Both the position numbers and the translations under genes were made by a program. From Blepharisma stoltei ATCC 30299 (lineage: Eukaryota; Protista; Ciliophora): 64,000 nucleotides of DNA. The notes below the pieces were generated by a model. It worked only from the letters and a program-made list of their open reading frames with translations. It made no database searches and was not told the DNA's origin. Positions 23,669 through 35,617 of this stretch are shown here, piece after piece. The DNA lies in contig CBFDEM010000047.1 of the NCBI GenBank assembly GCA_965603825.1, positions 186,001 to 250,000 of the forward strand. Reading direction: 5' to 3'. Within the stretch, counting starts at the first letter, position 1. Each line of letters opens with the position of its first letter.

Positions 23669-24362
23669 TTATTAATTAAAAATAAAAATTTAAGGATTCG
23701 CATTGGGCTTCACCATGAAAAACTTCTTTTTACTGAAAAGATGATTTCAGTAAAGCAATTAAAAATTATTTATATTTTTTTTAAGTAATCTTTTTGTATT
23801 TAATAAGCATGCTTCATCATTATAAATTTAATAATCTATGCAGCTTTATTTATAATGAAAGTATCTTTTTAATTATTAAAGAAAGTCAAAAATACAATTT
23901 TTAAGGGTATTTTTAAATGGTTATAATTTTTAAATGAATTAATTCTTTCTATTTAGAAGATTTGAACTTAGAATAAAAATAAGCCATGATTCATTTTCCT
24001 TCTGCAAGATTTTTTTTGATAGCAAAAATGAGTCAATAATATGAGTTAAATTTATGCTTTTGGTCGATTATTTCTATTTGGATAAAATTATTACTCATGA
24101 ATTTAAAAACAATATAAGCTAACCTATTATAGTATTGAAACTTTTGATTAAAGTTTCTAAGATTGATATACTAAAGCAATCCAATCGTGAAAATAATTGA
24201 AATTATTAACATTTTAGCATAATTTTTTATGTTGCTTTAACTTAAAACTGCTAAAAATCTAAAAAAATAAAATTTCCTAACATTTCAGAATATTTTATTT
24301 CTATTAATTTAATATCCAGAACTAATAATTATAAGTCTCATATTTTATCGATAAAATCCATA

Positions 24363-24845
24363 ATGTTTTTGGTAAGCACAAGATTGAGAACTCCTTCTTT
24401 GAGCCGAATCCTTTTATCCTTCGACAAAAGAGACACACTTTCAGCGGCCCTAACTTCCAAAGACCCCAAATTCGAACCTGACAAAAATCTTCCAAAAGCA
24501 CAAAAAGCATATTCCAGAAGTAGGATTTGGAGATCAATTAAAAGCATATTCATAAGGAAATATAATTGGATGTCTTACTTAACAGGATTTATGATAGTCT
24601 CAACAATCTTAATGTCATTCAATCTTAAAAACAAAAAATCCAAAGACCAAATTTTCCAAGAAACAGATGAAAGCAAGCTCACAAGGTCACAGAAAAAGGT
24701 TAAGCAAGAATTAGAAAAAGAGTACCAGAATTTCAACACCTTATTAGACGCTGCTGAAGAGCAACTCAAAAAAGAGCACCAAAAGCAGCTGGTTGACCTC
24801 CAAGAATATGTTGAAGCTAAAGCTAAAAAGCCCACTTCTATTTAA
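24363..24845 (+). CDS. Single-TM, probably mitochondrial, hypothetical protein
   Basis: Arg/Ser-rich N-terminus, one hydrophobic helix, coiled-coil tail; ATG..TAA. Confidence 0.65.
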   Translation: MFLVSTRLRTPSLSRILLSFDKRDTLSAALTSKDPKFEPDKNLPKAQKAYSRSRIWRSIKSIFIRKYNWMSYLTGFMIVSTILMSFNLKNKKSKDQIFQETDESKLTRSQKKVKQELEKEYQNFNTLLDAAEEQLKKEHQKQLVDLQEYVEAKAKKPTSI

Positions 24846-24882
24846 TGAAATTTCTTAATAAACTTAAACTGATAACCAAATA

Positions 24883-27800
24883 ATGGACAACACAACTCTT
24901 CGTAAGTTTGAGAGCATCAGCTTAGGAAAAGGGCCACTTTTTGACTGGCAACAAGAGCCCCAGCTGGTCCCTTACTATCTACAAGGGAACCGCCGCTTTG
25001 AATCAAATGCTATGATTGAAGCGCGTAACCGAATCAGGAATTCTCCTGAAGTCCGTGAATCAATAAACCGCTTTTGGAGTTTGGTCAAGAAAAACCCAAT
25101 GGGCAGGGTGGAGAAAGAAGTCTACACCCAGCTTTGCCTGTGTTTTTCTAAGCTGCTTCTTCCTGACTTCAGCAGAGACGACAGCTTAAAAGTCATTGAA
25201 GAAGACTGGGATACCGACTCAGCTGGCGCTGATGCTTTAGACTATAAACACTTCTATGACGCTATTTTCCAGCTTGCTGACATATGGACTGAAGAAGTCA
25301 ACCCTAACACTTATGCAGAGTTTTTAATCAAAATTTACAGAAGAATCACTACAAAAAGAGTGGTAACCCAAAATGGTGAAGTCAAAAAAATAATGCCAAG
25401 CATAAAACTTGTATTCCCTGACAGTGTTAAAAAAGAAGACGACTGGGAAGATGTGCATAGTGATGAGAGCTATGACTCAGATTATGAATATAACTTTCAA
25501 GAAGCGGAAGGAAAACGGCAGAGGGTAAAAAGGCTGAAAAGAGAAACTAATAATGAAAAAGAAGGAGATGAGCTTATGTATGATGAAATTGTGGGGAGTG
25601 ACTGGGAAATTCCTGAAGAAGATGAACAGATTGAAATGTCTGAGCTGGATGATATCATCCCTTTTGGAAAAATCGCTCATAACTATATTTCTTCTTTGCA
25701 TGACCCAAGAGCTCAGGAAGAACACTTGCAAGTTCCTTTTTCAACTTTTAGCAAGGCTGTAGAGATTCAAGAAAAGTTAGAGCATGAAGAAGATGAAGAA
25801 GAAGAAGAAATGGCCCCACTCAAAATGGTTTCTCTTAGCTCCAACGATAAAAACTTTTTAGAAGTGAAAAGCTGGAACAAAAAAATCCAAGAAGCCGTTA
25901 AAGAGACAAATAATGGTGAAATGACGCCAGTAGGACTATTTCTTCATAGCCTTTCAAAAAGCGTGCAAGACTATATTACAATCATCCCTGACGAAAAAAA
26001 GACATATATCAGAAACACACTAAAAAGAAAATCATCAATAAAAATCACCAATGCAAGCGTAAAAATAGTAGATGGAAATTTATCAGCGACTAAGATTGGA
26101 AACCGTCCTTCAGTCCATGATTTCAACTTGACAGCTATTCCTGAACATAAAGGCATGGAAATGGCAGGGTCTGCGATTTTAGGCGATGACATGAATTCTG
26201 GTGAGCTTAGCTTGCAAAGCGGGATTCCAACAGTAAAATCTGCCACAATTTCAGGACTTCGAAAAAGCTTACTTGAGCAGAAATACTTGCCCATGATGAA
26301 AAGATTCGAGAGGAAAACAATCGTGCTTTCTAAGAAGGGAAAACTGCCTACAGAAGAAGTATCCTCTTTATCTGCGGTAAACCAGTCAAAAATAGAAGAT
26401 GTTGAAGAAGAAATCAACCCAGAGCCTCTGAAACTGCTTGAGTCCTTACAAAGTGCAGAAAAAGCGCCTACAGTTGACCCTAATAACGGCTTGTGGGATA
26501 TTATTGAAAGAGTCAATAATGATGTTCTGAAAATCTTAATATTAGGCAAGCCAAGAAGTGGGAAAACCACTTTAGCAAAAGACTTAGCAGCTTCATTAGA
26601 TTTAAAACATATTGAAATTACTTCTATTATTGAAGCTCTGATTAAAAAAGGACAAGTGGAAGATGAAGAAATGTATGATGAAGACAACCCAAAGCCAGAA
26701 GTTTACACGCCTTTCGAAAAAGAAATCCTACAGAGACTAAGCGAAGGAAAATCTTTAACTGATGAGCAAATAATCGCCCTTGCAGACGAAGCAATTCACA
26801 GCGATGAAGCGGAAAGCAAAGGCTTTGTGCTCGATTTACCCCTAACCCCTGAGCTGTCTGGGTTTATTTTGAGCGTAAAATTCAATTTTGTTGTTGACTT
26901 AGACATCTCAAATAACGACCTAGTAAAACAAGTAGATGGCTTGAAATGGGATCCCACCACAAACACTCTCTATACAAAATACAACATCACAGAGCTCAAA
27001 AAGCCAAAAATGATCGTCGATGAGAACGACGAACCAATTGAAGACGAAACTCCAAAGCCAAAATTCGAAGAATTTGTAGTAAGAGCTGACGACACTAATG
27101 AAAATTATTATAAATCTATTGGTGACTATGTAAAAAAGGTCAGAAGTATGTTTGACGGCATGATAAATTCCCTTCCAGTATCATGGCGTTTTGATTTTGA
27201 TGCTGCAGGCTTGAACCCAACAGTCCGAAGAGATGCAGTCCTTGCTAAATTAGGCTCAAGAAAAAATAAATTGCCAGCTGCCAAAATTTTGGAGCCAGAA
27301 AATGATTTTAAAGCCCTTCTTTTCCAAAATATTGACGAAGGAAAAGAGCCAAGATCATGGTCAATTTGGAAACAAATTGACCCTGTAGCCTTAAAAGAAG
27401 AAAAAGTAGTGGAAGGAAAGCCTGAATTTGCAGTCGAGTTTTCAAATAATGTATTTGTAATGAGCTCTGAAGAAAACCAAAAGAAATTCGCCAGCAACCC
27501 TCGAAAGTATCTAAATGATGAGCCAAAAATGCCACAATCTTATAGAGTTTTATTAATCGGCCCACCAAAGTCTGGCAAAAGGACTCAGGCTGAATATTTA
27601 TCAGCAAAATATGGCTGGAAATTATTTGAGGCTAACGAAGTGGTCAGCCAAAGCATTATGTCTCAGAAAAAGAACAGAAAATTACTTCGACCTTCTCATC
27701 CTGAGTCAGGATTTGTGCAAGCTTCAGAGCCTGAATTTCAATCTATTCTGAAAGGAGGCGCTTTGGCATCACCATTACTTATGCCAATTTTGCTACAAAA

Positions 27801-30800
27801 ACTTGGCGTTCCTTTACAAAAGAAGCCGCCACCTCCTCCAACTCCAAAAGAAGGCGAAGAAGAAGAGCCACCAACTCAGCAGCCTACAGACAGATCAATG
27901 AGATCTAAAAAAGATGATAAAGACAGCGACAAAGAAAGCAGTGAAGGCGCTGTTGAAGAACAAAAAATCATTGAGGATGCCCCTCTAGGCGAAGAGCCAG
28001 CTGCCCCAGAAGTCTCAGCCACTCCTGAGCCTATTGTCTATGAAGATTTGCCGCTCACAGAAATTGTAGCCCAGCCTATAAAGCCAGAAGATTTACGAAA
28101 AATAATTAACGGGCTTATCATGATCGGGTACCCTGCCACAGTAGAGGACGCCCAGCTTCTTAAAGACTCAAATTTCGAGTTCGACAAAATTTTATACTTC
28201 ATTGACCCTACAGATGGACAAGAGCTCGTTAAAAGAGGCATCGAAGAAATGTTTGACCTCACCCAAGAGCTTACTTTGGCTGATCAAGTCTCAGGCGCTT
28301 GCAAAGAAGTATTTGGTGAGGAAACTGTTATAGAAATCCCAATTGTTGGAAGTGAAGAAGAAGTCCACAATTTAATTTGCAGAAAACTTGACCCGTTTTA
28401 TGTACAAATTGATGCACCAGAAATTAATATAGTTAAAGATGATGTAGAAGAAGGAAAAGTGCCTTTGCCACTGGGAGAGTATGGGAAGTATGACCCTGTT
28501 GTGATGAAAGAAGATAAATGGATAATCCCAGGGTCTGAGGAATTTGAAGTCCAAAGCTTTGGGAAGCGATATATTTTTGCTGGAGAGGCTGAGATGGAAA
28601 AATTCAATAAAAATCCGCTGAGCTATATTTCTCAAGAGCCAGTTGTAGTTCCACAACCTCATTTAATGGTTTTCGGGTCTCGAGGTTCAGGAGTAAACAC
28701 AATGGTTTCATTGGTTTCTCAGAACTATCAAGTAGAGTCAGTTCCTCTTAAAAACTTATATCTAAAAGTCATTGCAGAAGAGCAGCTAAAGCGCCGTAAA
28801 GAAAGACTTTTAAGAAAAGGATTTACCCCTAAAGAAGAAACTGACGAGCCTTACGATCCTTTAAATGATGACCCAGAAATCACTGAAGAAGCTGAAGACT
28901 TTAACCAAGCTCTTCATGAGCAAAAAATGATGAGGGACCTCTTAAAAGGAGACAAACCGCTGATTATCAATAGCAGATGGTTTGATATTGAAGAAGAAAA
29001 GGTTTCTCAAAATTTAATTGACATTTTATCTGAAAGCAGAAGGCTGCCTGAAATTGCATTCATTTTGAAGAGTTCTGAAGAAAATACCATCAAAAGATTA
29101 CTGGGCACTGAAGGGATTGAAGCTGAGTATAATAGGATTATGGAACAAAGGAGGATTGAAAAGCAAAAAGCAAAAGAAGAAGCCAGAGAAGAAGCAAGAA
29201 GACAGAGAATTGAGAACGGAGAAGATGAAGAAGAATTACCTCAAGAAGAGGAAGAAGAAGAGGATGAAGAAGACCCAGATGCCCCTGTGCTTGCAGATAT
29301 GCTTGAAGAGGCTAAACAAAAAATCATCCAAATGCGAGAAAACGATATCCAACAAATGGAAGAAACCAAAGAGAAACTTGAAGAAAAAGGCGTCATTGTA
29401 TTTGAAATCAACGGTGACATGTCAGTCGAAAGAATGTATCAAAAAATCGACTTTGAAATCAAGCAGCAGCTAAAAGGCAGAGAAAACTTAATTGAACGAC
29501 AAACCTCTGTAAAACTTTCCAAAGAAAAAGCTATGGAGCTGCTTCAAACCCAAAAAGTGTTACCGTCTGCTGTAAGATTTAACAGTCCTATAAAGTCAGA
29601 CAATCTAAGAATTTCAACTGAGTTTCCAGTGCTTTACAGAGACAGAATTTATTTCCCAAATTCTATTGAAGAACAAAAATCATTTATAGAAACTCCATTG
29701 GCCTTCAGTAAAATTGAAGCTGCACCATGGGATATTCATAACCGTCCATACTGTGCAATTATTGGAAATCCTCTTACTGGGAAAACAGCCTTAGCCAAAG
29801 ACCTTGCAAAAGAGCTTGGAATAGTCAGAATTTCTTTAAGAGAAACAATAGAAGAAGTCTTAAAGCTAGAAAACGAATTAGGTCAAAGAGTTCGTGACGT
29901 GTTAGGAAATGGCTATGCTCTTGAAGAGTCTTTAGCTGTAGAAATAATCTGCTGGAGAATTGAGCAGCATGATGTAGTAGAACATGGTTGTGTCCTAGAT
30001 GGATTCCCAAAGACGATTCAACAAGCTATGCTGCTAGCTGAGTTTAACAAGCTTCCAAACCCTATTTTTTATTTAGATGCAGAGCCTACAAGTGTATTGA
30101 AGCGTCGAGGCCAGAAATTTAAGCATGATAAAAAATCATTAAATTCCCAAATAAAGCAGTCTACAAAAAATAACAATGAAATCCTCTCATGGGTCCAGAA
30201 CACCTTTGATACTGCCAGATATTTATCAACTGACCATTCTAAATGGTGGGTTAAGGATACAGCAATTGAGCATCTTAGCATAGTATATGGAGCCCGAAAT
30301 AACTATGCCATTGCCAAGCTAAAAGGCACACCTATCAATATACAATATTTAGGAATTGCCAGACAAGACATAAGCAGCGCCTTGAGTAAGTTCAAAAGAT
30401 ATGATATTGTTATATGGAAGTTTAGAGGAGAGCTTAAAGAAGTAAAAAATAGCGACTATGTCGTGGAATATAACTCAAGATTTTATGTGTTTTCAAGCAA
30501 GGAAAATATGGATGCCTTTATTGCGACACCTGAAAAGTTTTTAAATGCAAAACCACTGCCAAAAGATTTACCAAGGCAACTTCAACCATCTGAGTGCGGA
30601 GAAATCGCTGAAAGCAGAATTGAGTTAGATGGGCATTGTGTGGTCACTTTGGAAGAAGATAAAAGCTGCGTCAGAGGCGACCCGATGATTTTGGCTGCTT
30701 ATAAAGATAGAATTTTTTCTTTTGCAAATAATGCGCAGAGGAATAAATTTATGCGAAAACCTCAAAAATATGAAAAAACGAATTTGCCGGTAAAAATCCC

Positions 30801-31221
30801 ACCAAAACCTGGAAATGTGCCGTTGAGTATGCTAGGGGAGTTTGAAAACTCAATTGGATATATAGAGCAATCACTTGGACAAGTTGTGATTAAAGCACTA
30901 TTAGAGGTTGGAAGCCAAAAATTAGTATATCCATTGTTAAGTGTCAAAGAAAGTGCACTAAAACACTTCGGACTTTATCTCAAAGCCCATAATCCAAAAA
31001 ACAGTAGATACCAAAATAAAAAATATGCAGAAAGAATGAAGGAGTTCAGGGAGCATTGCACAATTATGCAGGAGTTATATGAAGAAGGTGTTAGAAAAGA
31101 AAATGGGGAGTTGAAAGATTGGGAAATAAAGAACAATTATACAAAGGGAGACAATTTTTCAAAGATGCTTGACCAATATCAAAAAGACAAAAATTCGTAT
31201 TTAGCTCATTTTATAAGATAA
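24883..31221 (+). CDS. AK9: Adenylate kinase 9-like multidomain protein (2112 aa)
   Basis: P-loop-like GKPRSGKT, GPPKSGKR, GSRGSGVN and GNPLTGKT; VLDGFPKT; repeated YHS-like DPV...F..NP.KY modules; AK9-like C-terminus (ALKHFGLYLKAHNP). Confidence 0.85.
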   Translation: MDNTTLRKFESISLGKGPLFDWQQEPQLVPYYLQGNRRFESNAMIEARNRIRNSPEVRESINRFWSLVKKNPMGRVEKEVYTQLCLCFSKLLLPDFSRDDSLKVIEEDWDTDSAGADALDYKHFYDAIFQLADIWTEEVNPNTYAEFLIKIYRRITTKRVVTQNGEVKKIMPSIKLVFPDSVKKEDDWEDVHSDESYDSDYEYNFQEAEGKRQRVKRLKRETNNEKEGDELMYDEIVGSDWEIPEEDEQIEMSELDDIIPFGKIAHNYISSLHDPRAQEEHLQVPFSTFSKAVEIQEKLEHEEDEEEEEMAPLKMVSLSSNDKNFLEVKSWNKKIQEAVKETNNGEMTPVGLFLHSLSKSVQDYITIIPDEKKTYIRNTLKRKSSIKITNASVKIVDGNLSATKIGNRPSVHDFNLTAIPEHKGMEMAGSAILGDDMNSGELSLQSGIPTVKSATISGLRKSLLEQKYLPMMKRFERKTIVLSKKGKLPTEEVSSLSAVNQSKIEDVEEEINPEPLKLLESLQSAEKAPTVDPNNGLWDIIERVNNDVLKILILGKPRSGKTTLAKDLAASLDLKHIEITSIIEALIKKGQVEDEEMYDEDNPKPEVYTPFEKEILQRLSEGKSLTDEQIIALADEAIHSDEAESKGFVLDLPLTPELSGFILSVKFNFVVDLDISNNDLVKQVDGLKWDPTTNTLYTKYNITELKKPKMIVDENDEPIEDETPKPKFEEFVVRADDTNENYYKSIGDYVKKVRSMFDGMINSLPVSWRFDFDAAGLNPTVRRDAVLAKLGSRKNKLPAAKILEPENDFKALLFQNIDEGKEPRSWSIWKQIDPVALKEEKVVEGKPEFAVEFSNNVFVMSSEENQKKFASNPRKYLNDEPKMPQSYRVLLIGPPKSGKRTQAEYLSAKYGWKLFEANEVVSQSIMSQKKNRKLLRPSHPESGFVQASEPEFQSILKGGALASPLLMPILLQKLGVPLQKKPPPPPTPKEGEEEEPPTQQPTDRSMRSKKDDKDSDKESSEGAVEEQKIIEDAPLGEEPAAPEVSATPEPIVYEDLPLTEIVAQPIKPEDLRKIINGLIMIGYPATVEDAQLLKDSNFEFDKILYFIDPTDGQELVKRGIEEMFDLTQELTLADQVSGACKEVFGEETVIEIPIVGSEEEVHNLICRKLDPFYVQIDAPEINIVKDDVEEGKVPLPLGEYGKYDPVVMKEDKWIIPGSEEFEVQSFGKRYIFAGEAEMEKFNKNPLSYISQEPVVVPQPHLMVFGSRGSGVNTMVSLVSQNYQVESVPLKNLYLKVIAEEQLKRRKERLLRKGFTPKEETDEPYDPLNDDPEITEEAEDFNQALHEQKMMRDLLKGDKPLIINSRWFDIEEEKVSQNLIDILSESRRLPEIAFILKSSEENTIKRLLGTEGIEAEYNRIMEQRRIEKQKAKEEAREEARRQRIENGEDEEELPQEEEEEEDEEDPDAPVLADMLEEAKQKIIQMRENDIQQMEETKEKLEEKGVIVFEINGDMSVERMYQKIDFEIKQQLKGRENLIERQTSVKLSKEKAMELLQTQKVLPSAVRFNSPIKSDNLRISTEFPVLYRDRIYFPNSIEEQKSFIETPLAFSKIEAAPWDIHNRPYCAIIGNPLTGKTALAKDLAKELGIVRISLRETIEEVLKLENELGQRVRDVLGNGYALEESLAVEIICWRIEQHDVVEHGCVLDGFPKTIQQAMLLAEFNKLPNPIFYLDAEPTSVLKRRGQKFKHDKKSLNSQIKQSTKNNNEILSWVQNTFDTARYLSTDHSKWWVKDTAIEHLSIVYGARNNYAIAKLKGTPINIQYLGIARQDISSALSKFKRYDIVIWKFRGELKEVKNSDYVVEYNSRFYVFSSKENMDAFIATPEKFLNAKPLPKDLPRQLQPSECGEIAESRIELDGHCVVTLEEDKSCVRGDPMILAAYKDRIFSFANNAQRNKFMRKPQKYEKTNLPVKIPPKPGNVPLSMLGEFENSIGYIEQSLGQVVIKALLEVGSQKLVYPLLSVKESALKHFGLYLKAHNPKNSRYQNKKYAERMKEFREHCTIMQELYEEGVRKENGELKDWEIKNNYTKGDNFSKMLDQYQKDKNSYLAHFIR

Positions 31222-31333
31222 ATATTTAACATTATAATTTTGAAAAATTCATCAAAAAGTATTTCTAATGATTATAATTTGAAAATAAGTCTATTAAAAC
31301 CATTTAATATGCGTTTGCTAAAAATAAATAATT

Positions 31334-33163
31334 TTAAGCGTTAATTGGAGAAGCTGTAATTGGAGAAGTTGCTTTTCTAAGCCAAGCAAGAGCCAAATTC
31401 TCATTACGAGCCTCCAGAATTGGACTTAACGTATTCCAGATTTTATCATGATAAGCGTCAATATACTGAATATCCTCAGCGTCAAGCAGTCTCATGCACA
31501 ATAAATTTTTATCATATGGCACCATAGTCACATTTTCAAATGATAAATAATCAGGAATCTGATCATTCTTTACTATTAAGAGGACATTTTCAATCCTAAT
31601 TCCAAAATGTCCTTCCTCATAATATCCTGGCTCATTTGTGATATTCATCCCAAGCTCAAACACCTCGCTGCTTCCTTTACACAAGCACTGTGGCCCTTCG
31701 TGAACATTTAAGAAGTACCCAACCCCATGTCCAGTCGCATGGCAAAAATCTAGTCCAATTTGCCATAGCCTTCTCCTTGCAAGTATATCAAAGTCAGTCC
31801 CTGCCAGTCTTGAAGATTGAGGCCAAGTGACTCTTTCTATATCAAGATTCCCTAAAAGAACCCTAGTAAAGCACTCTTTTTCTCTTTCTGTGGGGTTTCC
31901 GAAATGTAAGGTTCGGGTTGTATCAATTGTGCCATCTAAATATTGGCCTCCAGAATCCAGGAGATAAATTTGGTCTTTTACCACTTTCGAAGAGGTTTCA
32001 GCGGTTGGGGCATAATGGATTACAGCTGCGTTTGGGCCGACTGATGAAATATTTTCAAAGGATAAGCCTTGGTTGAGGTCTTCAGCTGCTCTGTATTTAT
32101 CAAGCTGTTCTGCAGCTGTCCATTCTGTTAAATCTGCACCTATCTCTAATTGGTTTTCGAGCCAGCTAAAATATTTGGCCATAGCTACTGCATCTCTGAT
32201 ATGGCTTTCTCTGAAACCTTGCTGCTCACGTGGATTTTTTATGGCTTTTAGCTTGGAAATTAAAGATGAGTTGTTAAGAGGCTTTTTGATTTTCAGGAAA
32301 AGGCTATAATTAAGTTCTGATTGATCAATAACTATTCCATCTTCTATACTTTCTAAATAATTTCCTATAGCTTCGTAAGGGAAAACTTCAATTTTATTTT
32401 CTGATAAATAATCTCTAATTCCATCAACTTTATCTGAATTTATAAAAAGAGATAACTGATAATCAGTCTCTGATGCTGCCTTTATAAAAAGATAGGAGAA
32501 AAATAGAGGATTGTAGTCAATGTCTTTTCCTCTTAGATTCAAAATCCATGCAATTTCATCTAGCACCGACGTAAAATAATTCTGGCTTTCCTTTGTTTTC
32601 AGGACATTATATAGTGATTTGACTTTTTCATCAACTGTAGCTCCAGCATATTTCACGTCATGGATAAAAACCTTTTCTTGGCTGATGCTAGGTCTGGTAT
32701 CCCAAACCTCATTAACTAAGTTTCTTAATATTGGCTTAAATGAGTAGCCTTTTTCTTCAAAATATTTTTTTCTATTAGAAGCAGCATCAGCATTTATTAA
32801 TGCAGGATCAAATCCTATAACTGAACCAGATGGCAAGTTTTGAGTTATCCACTCAAAGTAAGTCGTGTTTCCATGGCCTTGCTTCATCATTGTCCAGCCT
32901 TGATATAGCTCTTTGGGTGCCTAAATAAATGCTACAGCAAGCCAATATCTCCCATCAGTCCATAGCAGAGCTTGTTCTTGAGTGATCACAATTTGGCCAT
33001 TCGATCCTTTGAAGCCAGAAATAAAAGTCATTCTTTTATCGTGATGTCCGAGATACTCGCTCTGAATTATTTATACATTGTGGAAGTCATTGTTTGGAAG
33101 AAAATAAGCTTGGATGTTTTCTTCTTGCATGAGAGCACGCACTTGACCGAGCTTGTCAGACAT
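31334..33163 (-). CDS. XPNPEP1: Xaa-Pro aminopeptidase (M24B, XPNPEP1-like), three exons
   Basis: DFHN|SEY, FISGFKGSNG, LWTDGRYW, DSGGQYLDGTIDTTRT, HATGHGVG..LNVHEGP, NEPGYY..GIRIEN. ATG 33163; introns at 33062-33076 and 32921-32935. Confidence 0.92.
32921..32935 (-). other. 15-nt intron
   Basis: GTAGCATTTATTTAG. Removal deletes an in-frame TAG. Confidence 0.9.
33062..33076 (-). other. 15-nt intron
   Basis: GTATAAATAATTCAG. Removal restores the conserved D.H.SEY motif. Confidence 0.9.
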
Positions 33164-33592
33164 TTATGAATTATATAAGCCAATGATTAATAGCAAAATG
33201 AGTAGCCTTAATGTGAAACTGCTAATTTAATTGATGCAAATGACGAGGAGTTGATGAATGCCTTGAAAAAATAAAAGCTTCAATTGATAAAGAAATGCTA
33301 AATTACGATCAGCCAAAGTTGCATAATTTAAAGTAATTAATCCGCTTTGCCTCGTGTTTAAGAGTAAATAGGTTTTAACATAATAGCTTGAAGGGAAAGT
33401 CTAAAATTATTGATTGGAATAAATTAAATGATTTTCCCCTCTTTTTCTATATTTTCAAAAATTTCAGAATAACTTTCTACTATTATATTTCCTTTTCATT
33501 ATTTATTCATTGCCTCCCTTTTCATTATCCTTTTTATGATTTAAATTTTTGATTTTAGCCCATCCCATTCCTATTCTTCCTTTTTATAAAAA

Positions 33593-35551
33593 ATGTCTTT
33601 AAGCCAGCCCTATGTGCGTCGCCGTTCACGCAGTCGGTCCCCACCTTCTGGAGTCAAGCTTCATGTAAAAAACCTCCCAGTAAACATATCTCAAGAATTT
33701 ATCCACAATACATTCGAAGCTTATGGAAATATAATAGAAATAAGAGTGATCAGAAAAGGAAGCAATGGGCAGCCTTTAAGAGAGTCAGTGTATGGTTTTA
33801 TTGTGATGGGTTCGCTCGAATCAGCTCAGCGAGCAATGGAAGATCTTAACAGTAAAGGGTGGAGCATCAATTTTAGCAAAGAGTCAATACACAAGTCTTC
33901 AACTCAACAACCTTTTCAAAATCCCCCAGTATATCAAACACTAGAAATAATGCCAAACGATGTGTCTTTCCAGCACAATGCTCAAGCCACCAATATCATG
34001 CTGCTAAACAACGCCAACCCGAAGCCAGGAATGCCAATGGACCGAAGACTGCTGGAGAAATTACTCGAAGAGCATCAGCCCTCCGCTTTCAACCTATCAG
34101 GAGTTCCGGAGCATTTTAAAGGTTTCTTTTTAGTAAGAGAAGTTTGAATTGGAAACATTTCTCCTGCGACTGATAAACAACTCTTATATGATGCCTTCAA
34201 AGTCTATGGCGAAATCGAAGGCATCGAAATGTTTTCTTCTAAAGGCTTCGCTTTCATTAAATATCGTAAAGTGGTTGCAGCCACCCGGGCATATGAGCGT
34301 GCTGACGGGACTTTGGTTGACAACCGTCCCGTTAAAGTGGCGTTCGCTGACCCGACTCGTCGCATTGATATAGTAGGCGATTCTTTAATTCCTGAAAATC
34401 CAAATTTTAACCCTATTGATGATGATCTTTTCAAAAATCTTTTCTTAGGTTATCCTTCTGGCAGCATAATACCTTCAGAGTCAAAACTTCGTGAAGTCTT
34501 TTCTCGTTATGGAAATGTCAGACGAATTTCAATCAGACAAGGCACTCCGTCAAGCCGGCCTTTTGCCTTTGTGGACTTCGAAAAAGGAGAACAAGCTTCT
34601 GAAGCAAGAAAAAAGCTTTATATTGAAGACAGTGATGGAGCTAAAAGGAGAGAACTAGGCGACCCTGCAGTAGAAATTTCATTCAAGAATACAAATAATA
34701 TAGTGTCTAGAAATGGACTTAAAAACGGAGTAAGATTTCAAGAGAAAGCATCCAAAGAAGAGGAAGTCTCAGAAGTAGCCAAACGGCTTCTTGAACAACC
34801 TCCTGCATTTCTTAATCTTCTTAGGTTTCAATCTATGTTTTCTATGGGAACTCCTTTTATGAGTCCTGGCATGCCACACATACCGATGATGCCAATACTG
34901 CCTCAAACGCAAATGCTTCCTCAAAACAACCCAATATTCCAAAATCCAATCCCAGCTCCTGTACAATCTAAACCTTCCCCTGCAAAACCTCAATTATCAA
35001 AACCTCCAGCAGAAGAAAAGAAAAGCGAATTGCTAGGGACTGTTGTATGGTCAGGCTTTATGACAAGGAACAAAAAATTCAAAGTCGGCATTGACGCTAC
35101 ACTTGTACAAGGAACACCTGATTGTTTTCCTAGTACTATGTATCATATTGATATCTCACATAGAGTTCAGCTTAAAGAAGCCACAAAATTCCACAAGCTG
35201 GCACTTTTGACCTTTGAAGCTTCAAATGGGCTTCATGATGAAACTTTTGCAAGCTATGTGAGCTATTTTAAAGAAAAAGAAAGAGCTGGGTATATTGGAA
35301 TAAGAAATTCAGTGCTGTATTTGTGCCCTCCAATTAAGGAAGCTAAAGAAATGTATCCACAAATTGAAGACCACCAATTATTAGGAATTTTTGTTGACCC
35401 TACAAGGAAAGTAGAAAAGAAAAAAGAGCCAAATCAATTGGAAGAACTTATGCAGCTGCTAAAAAAGCCTGGAGTAACTGAAGCTTTAAAGAATTTTGGT
35501 AAAAGTGGCCCATCGCCTAGTGACCCTAGACTGATGCCTCATAATTCTTAA
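33593..35551 (+). CDS. Triple-RRM plus C-terminal SPOC protein (SPEN family: RBM15/Spenito/FPA-like)
   Basis: RRM1 LHVKNL..YGFIVM; RRM2 V-W(TGA 34145)-IGNI..KGFAFIKY; RRM3 LFLGY..RPFAFVDF. SPOC-like VWSGFM...IDISHRV...FASYVSYFKEKERAG...LYLCPP. Confidence 0.8.
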
Positions 35552-35617
35552 TATAATTTGAAAAATTATCAAATGGGTTTACATTTGCGTTTAACTGATG
35601 CTGAGTTTATTTAAAAA

